From: Nitrosopumilus sp.
Lineage (GTDB): Archaea; Thermoproteota; Nitrososphaeria; Nitrososphaerales; Nitrosopumilaceae
DNA: 64,000 nt
Direction: 5' to 3'
Assembly: GCA_965207445.1 (NCBI GenBank)
Contig: CBDBLX010000002.1
Coordinates: 2,071,849-2,135,848 of the forward strand
Position numbers and translations under genes: made by a program. Shown here piece after piece: positions 58,961 through 64,000 of the stretch; within the stretch, counting starts at the first letter, position 1, and each line of letters opens with the position of its first letter. The notes beneath the pieces were generated by a model that was not told where the DNA came from, made no database searches, and was given only the letters and a program-made list of their open reading frames with translations.

Positions 58961-59683
58961 ATGATGGCATCACGTAACTATGACATGACATCTACAATGT
59001 ACTCACCGGATGGTCGAATCTATCAAGTAGAGTATGCAATTGAGACTGTAAAGAGAGGGACACTTGCAATTGGAGTATGCACAAAAGAAGGAGTCATAAT
59101 TGCAGTAGAGGAAAAACCAAGAACACTTCAGACAAAGAATGTGACACAAAAGATATTCCAAGTTGACAAACATATTGGCGTTGCAGCAGCAGGGTATATT
59201 CCAGATGCAAGAGTAGAGGTGGATAATGCAAGATTATTTTCTCAAGGCACTAGAATGACATATGATGAACCAGTTGAAGTATCTACTGTTGCAAAGCATT
59301 TAGCAGATCATGCACATCAATTTACCCAATATGGCGGAGTGCGTCCAAATGGAGTGTCCATGATTATCGGTGGAATAGATCAAAAAGGAGATTCTATTTA
59401 CGTAATTGACCCAAGTGGGGCATACATGCAATATATGGCAGTATCAATAGGGGCAGGCTCAGATGATGTAAATGGGTTTCTTGAGAAAAACTACAAACCA
59501 GATATGAATATTGAAGACGGAATAAAGCTTGCAATCAGTGCCATTAATCTAAAGGTAGAGAAAAAAGATGAAATTCTACATATAAAAATGGCAAAAATAT
59601 CCAAAGACAAACAAGAGTTTGAAAAGTTATCAGACAAGACATTGCAAGATCTCGCAAACAATATGCCAGAGTTTACCACTTGA
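58961..59683 (+). CDS. psmA: Proteasome subunit alpha
   Basis: YDMTSTMYSPDGRIYQVEYA signature and QFTQYGGVRP. Confidence 0.96.
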   Translation: MMASRNYDMTSTMYSPDGRIYQVEYAIETVKRGTLAIGVCTKEGVIIAVEEKPRTLQTKNVTQKIFQVDKHIGVAAAGYIPDARVEVDNARLFSQGTRMTYDEPVEVSTVAKHLADHAHQFTQYGGVRPNGVSMIIGGIDQKGDSIYVIDPSGAYMQYMAVSIGAGSDDVNGFLEKNYKPDMNIEDGIKLAISAINLKVEKKDEILHIKMAKISKDKQEFEKLSDKTLQDLANNMPEFTT

Positions 59684-59710
59684 GAGAATGTCAAAACAGA
59701 TGAATCAACA

Positions 59711-60484
59711 GTGGACACTAAAAAAGACGATAATAGCAAGAATAGAGGGAATAATCGAAAAGACAGAAATCAAAACGACGGCACACCAGAAGGATTAGGT
59801 AGTAGTTATTGGTCAAAAGTCATTGTAGTATTACAAGATATAATACCAGTGTATGACAAAGTAAATCGCATAATATCATTAGGTAAAGATGCCAAACACA
59901 GAAAGCGCGGAATATCAAAGAGGGTACTGCCAGGCAATCATATACTTGATGCAGGTTCTGGTTTTGGTAACATGTCAAAAACTGCATCAGAGATAACAGA
60001 CAATAAAATAACAATAACTTTGTACGATCCACTTGTTGCAATGCTAAAGAACACAGGAGTATTATTTACAAACAAACCCGACTCTACGTGCGGGGTCTTT
60101 GAGCATATGCCATTTAATAATAACGTATTTGATGCAGTATTATGCGGCTATTCATTGAGAGATGCAATAGATCTTAGAGATGCCATATCAGAGATGCATC
60201 GAGTTCTAAAAGATGGAGGAAGGTTAGTTATAGTAGATCTTGGCAAACCAGATAACACAATTATACGTACAGGGGTCTCATTTTACCTTAAATGTATTCT
60301 GCCCATATTGGCTCTTTGTGCAGGAGGTAAACTTGGATTAAAGTTTGGCACATTGCACGGGACATTTCAAAGATGGCCACAAAATGCAAAGCTAAAAGAT
60401 ATTCTTCTGGAAAAATTTGAGCGAGTAGAGTTTGAAAAAGATTTGATGGGAGGTGCAATAGTGGTTGCAGCATTTAAACGATAA
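59711..60484 (+). CDS. UbiE/MenG-like class I SAM-dependent methyltransferase
   Basis: Motifs YDKVNRIISLG, LDAGSGFG and EMHRVLKDGGR. Confidence 0.85.
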   Translation: MDTKKDDNSKNRGNNRKDRNQNDGTPEGLGSSYWSKVIVVLQDIIPVYDKVNRIISLGKDAKHRKRGISKRVLPGNHILDAGSGFGNMSKTASEITDNKITITLYDPLVAMLKNTGVLFTNKPDSTCGVFEHMPFNNNVFDAVLCGYSLRDAIDLRDAISEMHRVLKDGGRLVIVDLGKPDNTIIRTGVSFYLKCILPILALCAGGKLGLKFGTLHGTFQRWPQNAKLKDILLEKFERVEFEKDLMGGAIVVAAFKR

Positions 60485-60713
60485 AGATAGGACAAAAAAG
60501 TAGGTATGTGATAAAGTTGGTAGTATCATTATACTATGATCATTATTATTAGTATTAGATATGGTTGGTGTGATCGTTACTAGTAACAGTATCACCATCA
60601 TCACGATCATCAGTACGATTATCATCCGCATAATTTTGATCATTATTTTGATTGACAGATACAAGTTACAATATTATCAATTGTTAAGAGATCATAAATT
60701 ACCGACATTAAAC

Positions 60714-60789
60714 GTAACTGTTCAATTTTTTTAAATCTAGAAACATATGTTACCGCATATACGGTTTGTATAGATACAAGAACAGTAAT
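60714..60789 (+). mobile_element. MITE family A relic, heavily eroded
   Basis: GTAACTGTTCAA...AAATCTAGAAACATA..TACCGC...GAACAGTAAT; similar length and landmarks to the other copies. Confidence 0.5.
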
Positions 60790-60853
60790 CTCTATCAAAT
60801 AACTATAATGGCATTAAGTTTAATTTCAGTTTAGAGTATATGGTGTTACAGTA

Positions 60854-61261
60854 ATGTACGGATATGAACTGAATATAGGTGGAAGTGAGTGGATAATTAT
60901 AATATTTGTTGCACTAGTGCTAATACTTGGAACAGGTAGACTGCCAGGGGCGGCAAGAAAGATAGGCAAAGCTGTAAATGAATATAATAAGGCAAAGAGT
61001 GGCATTGAGGAGCATGTGAAGAATGCACAAGAGATCTCAAATAACATTCCAAAAATATCAGGCCCCGTTGAATCACAAAGAGAAAAACTAGATACCATTG
61101 CACGATCAATTGGAGTAAACCCAGAGAACAAAAGTGACGAGGATTTACAAGACATAATAACAAAAAAGATGCAAAATGAAAATTCACACAATAATAGTCA
61201 CGACAATAGTAATCAAGACAACAATCAAAATAATGATCAAAATATGGTAGATAAAAAATGA
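60854..61261 (+). CDS. tatA: Twin-arginine translocase TatA/TatE with Asn-rich tail
   Basis: IGGSEWIIIIFVALVLILGTGRLPGAARKIGKAVNEY. Confidence 0.9.
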   Translation: MYGYELNIGGSEWIIIIFVALVLILGTGRLPGAARKIGKAVNEYNKAKSGIEEHVKNAQEISNNIPKISGPVESQREKLDTIARSIGVNPENKSDEDLQDIITKKMQNENSHNNSHDNSNQDNNQNNDQNMVDKK

Positions 61262-61276
61262 GATTTCAAGAACAAC

Positions 61277-61350
61277 ATATTAGCAAATCAACAGTATATT
61301 AGCAAATCAACAGTATATTAGCAAATCAACAGTATATTAGCAAATCAACA
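61277..61350. repeat. 19-bp tandem repeat (ATATTAGCAAATCAACAGT) x~4
   Basis: Read directly from the sequence; between convergent genes. Confidence 0.92.
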
Positions 61351-61405
61351 ACATATACATAAAATAATATGCATTAAAGTGTAATATAACAAAGTATAAA
61401 CATAG

Positions 61406-62176
61406 TCAATCAATCAGATATTGATTTTTATCGAGTCTTGTTTTGGCAAATGTAAAATATTCAGGCACAATCTCAAATCCAATATATTGACGTTCTTCAG
61501 ATTTTGCAACAACTGCAACTTGTCCTGAACCAAGAAAAGGATCCATAACAACATCACCTTTTTTACTAGAGTAAGCCAATATTTTTTTAATTATTTCAGA
61601 AGGTAATTTTGTGGGGGTCTTTTGAGAGCCTTTCCAATACTCTCGTTTGATATTCCATACATCTTCTTTGTCTTGATAGTGTAAACTACGACCATCTATA
61701 GTACGTGCATCTTTTGAAAATCTAGCGTATGGATAAAATGGACGCTTTGAATCGTCTTTGCATACAAACAAACAATTGTAATGAGACGAGACAAATTTAC
61801 GCGTAGTGACTACACCAAACTGATATTTCCATATTATCTGATTTACAAGTGTAAAGTTAATATCGCGTATAGCATTTAATATATCAACGAGATTATTCCA
61901 CCCAGAAAATATATACATCGAACCAGATTCTTTTAATACATCATATGCCAATCTCATCCAATCTAGGGTAAATTTGTAATAATCCTTACTTGTAATCTCA
62001 TTATAACCCTCAAGAACATTAGATTGTGTTCGATTATAGTTACTTTTCTTTGCACCAAAGTCAATGGCAAATGGAGGATCGGTAATTATAAGATCTATTG
62101 AAGATTTTTCAACAGATTTCATGCCAATTCGGCAGTCCATATTGTATATACAATTAAAATCAAATGTAGAGGACAT
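61406..62176 (-). CDS. Orphan N4/N6 DNA methyltransferase (beta class)
   Basis: TDPPF motif IV followed by DPFLGSG motif I; no adjacent nuclease. Confidence 0.9.
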   Translation of the reverse strand: MSSTFDFNCIYNMDCRIGMKSVEKSSIDLIITDPPFAIDFGAKKSNYNRTQSNVLEGYNEITSKDYYKFTLDWMRLAYDVLKESGSMYIFSGWNNLVDILNAIRDINFTLVNQIIWKYQFGVVTTRKFVSSHYNCLFVCKDDSKRPFYPYARFSKDARTIDGRSLHYQDKEDVWNIKREYWKGSQKTPTKLPSEIIKKILAYSSKKGDVVMDPFLGSGQVAVVAKSEERQYIGFEIVPEYFTFAKTRLDKNQYLID

Positions 62177-62522
62177 TATACGACGTCATTTACATTATTA
62201 ATAACTTAACCTAGTGTGTTGTATAATTCGATGCATATCATGTAAGACGACACCGTTGCAATATGACTCAGTAGGCTTGGAGGCACGGCCCGCTTATGGC
62301 TTGTTGTAGGCGTGACTTGACACACCCGCGGGCATCATATCTTGAGGCAAACAATATTCCTGTTCATTTTACAGAGTATTTGAGTGGCTCCGAATCACGT
62401 AACAACTAGGTTGCATGGCTCATCACATGGCCACGACCCAGAGGAGTATAAATTTATGAATTATGCAACACGTTATCCCCGACCAATTACATGTTTATAA
62501 CAAAACAGGAATCATATCAAGT

Positions 62523-64000
62523 ATGAGTCAGATTCACGATGTCCTGATGTTGAAAACATTTGGCGCGCACGTGCAAACGCACCAAAGTGAATCGGTGAAA
62601 ATGGATTTGAATGACAAGACAGTCATACGAGGGGTCACCCTTATGGTGTCCCAGAAATTTGAGGAGGCAGTCAAATGCTGCAGGCATGTATTGGAAAGAG
62701 AACCCTACAACATCCCGGCACTGATGATCACAGGAATGGCGCTGGCTGGAATGGAACGATTCTCAGATGCCGTATGGCACTATGACCGCATACTGGATTC
62801 AGAGCCGAGCAACATAGGTGCGATCATAATGAAGGGAATTATACTGGCCGCCGCAGGTAATCGTGAAGAAGGAATTCGGTACTGCGAGCGCGCACTAGAA
62901 TTAGAACCAAACAATGCTCTGGTACTGACATCCAAAGGAATGGTGCTGGGAATGATGGAAAGGTACGAGGACGCCCTCAAATGCCTAGATGTGGCATCTG
63001 AGGCAGATCCGGACAGCATACTAATAAAATTCATCAAGGGGACAGTGCTGGCGAGCGCGGACAAGCACAAAGAAGCAATCAAGTATCTTGAAGACGTATT
63101 GAAAGCGGAACCAGATATGGCACCGGCGCGTTTGATCAAAGGCATCATACTTGCAAACGAGAATATGAACGACGAGGTACTGGGCTGTTTTGACAAAATA
63201 TTGGAATCAGATCCAGGCAATGCATGGGCACTGGAAGAAAAGGGAATCATATTGCAAGGCCTACGTAGATATGACGAGGCGATCAGATGCTTTGACGGAC
63301 TAACGGCAACGGATCTCAGTGGACGCGCGCTAGTCGCAAAGGGAAGAATATTGGCGAAACTTGAAAAGCATGAGGAAGCAGTATGGAACTTTGACCGGGC
63401 ACTAAAATTTGAGTCTAGCAACGTGTCTGCACTTGACGGCAAGGCGCAAGAACTTGCGGCATTACAAAGGTTTGAGGAGGCAGACAGATGTTTGGATACC
63501 GCGCTACAGGTGAGTCCAAACGACCGACTGAAGAGGAATAGGAATACGATAGGCGCGCGCATGCGGGACTACAACCGGAGGGTGGACCGTCAGTACGAAC
63601 TGGAGGTGAGTCCAGACGATGCAGACGGGTGGACGCAAAAGGGAAAAGGACTTGCAGATCTTGGTAAATACCAAGCAGCCGTCAAATGCTATGAATCGGC
63701 GCTGAAGATCAGTCCCGACGATGCGGGAGCGCTGATGGGCATAGGGGTCGCATTGGTCAGGCTGGGCATGTACGAGAAAGCCGTAGAATGTTATGACAAA
63801 GTACTAGAAACAAGACCGAATGATGAATCGGCCATACGGAATCGCGACAACGTACTCTCCGACATGAAGAGATACATCTACCTGAATTCGAACGGTGACG
63901 ACTTGGAAGAGACGTTTGACGAGCTCGGTGTGGCAATTGAGTATCATACGAATCGAGAAGAGCCCACTAGGCACAGTAGTGTGGAGGGCATGATAAAAGA
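62523..64000 (+). CDS. Large tetratricopeptide-repeat protein (runs off the right edge)
   Basis: Not in the ORF track. The frame is open from ATG 62523 to the window end, with about a dozen ~34-aa TPR units (e.g. WTQKGKGLADLGKYQAAVKCYESALKISPDDA). Confidence 0.9.
   Translation, partial: MSQIHDVLMLKTFGAHVQTHQSESVKMDLNDKTVIRGVTLMVSQKFEEAVKCCRHVLEREPYNIPALMITGMALAGMERFSDAVWHYDRILDSEPSNIGAIIMKGIILAAAGNREEGIRYCERALELEPNNALVLTSKGMVLGMMERYEDALKCLDVASEADPDSILIKFIKGTVLASADKHKEAIKYLEDVLKAEPDMAPARLIKGIILANENMNDEVLGCFDKILESDPGNAWALEEKGIILQGLRRYDEAIRCFDGLTATDLSGRALVAKGRILAKLEKHEEAVWNFDRALKFESSNVSALDGKAQELAALQRFEEADRCLDTALQVSPNDRLKRNRNTIGARMRDYNRRVDRQYELEVSPDDADGWTQKGKGLADLGKYQAAVKCYESALKISPDDAGALMGIGVALVRLGMYEKAVECYDKVLETRPNDESAIRNRDNVLSDMKRYIYLNSNGDDLEETFDELGVAIEYHTNREEPTRHSSVEGMIK

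Noticed and set aside
5058..60789. CRISPR array from the recurring GTAACCGTTCAAC motif or the tandem repeats
   Set aside because: Copies are dispersed, inverted-paired and have conserved interiors; the tandem arrays have no unique spacers; there are no cas genes.
62780..63562. 260-aa minus-strand ORF in the track
   Set aside because: It is the antisense shadow of the plus-strand TPR gene.

Overview
This is 64 kb of chromosome from an ammonia-oxidising archaeon (Nitrososphaerota, Nitrosopumilaceae-like). The assignment rests on AOA-type nirK, the two 3-hydroxypropionate/4-hydroxybutyrate-cycle enzymes, the LysW-dependent Arg/Lys cluster, nadX/nadA/nadC, rpo7-spt4, L15e/L31e/L39e, dnaG and proteasome alpha. 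The core gene set is ordinary, but the DNA around and inside it is not. (1) At least two families of non-autonomous miniature inverted-repeat elements (MITEs) are present, and probably a third. One is an ~81-bp GTAAC...GTTAC family with 8 copies, 9-bp target duplications at two copies and one apparently nested insertion. The other is an ~149-bp GTGTGA...TCACAC family with 2 copies; one sits in the last codon of spt4, has an 8-bp target duplication and supplies the stop codon. (2) Two accessory blocks split conserved gene runs and are bounded by degenerate copies of the neighbouring gene's 3' end: a cbtAB/regulator block after argC, and a Type III R-M system between the two carbon-fixation genes. 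(3) Tandem-repeat and low-complexity expansions are pervasive, including inside housekeeping proteins (L31e, ArgD, LysX, RibK, Dph5, TatA). (4) The second LysW carrier ends EDWGQ rather than EDWGE. (5) Several genes are absent from the ORF track: hppA N-terminus, rpl39e, both lysW, a 27-aa membrane peptide and a GC-richer TPR gene running off the right edge. A host-associated (e.g. sponge-symbiont) lifestyle is plausible but is inference only. I saw no tRNA, rRNA, CRISPR array, transposase, integrase or reverse transcriptase. All alignments were done by eye.
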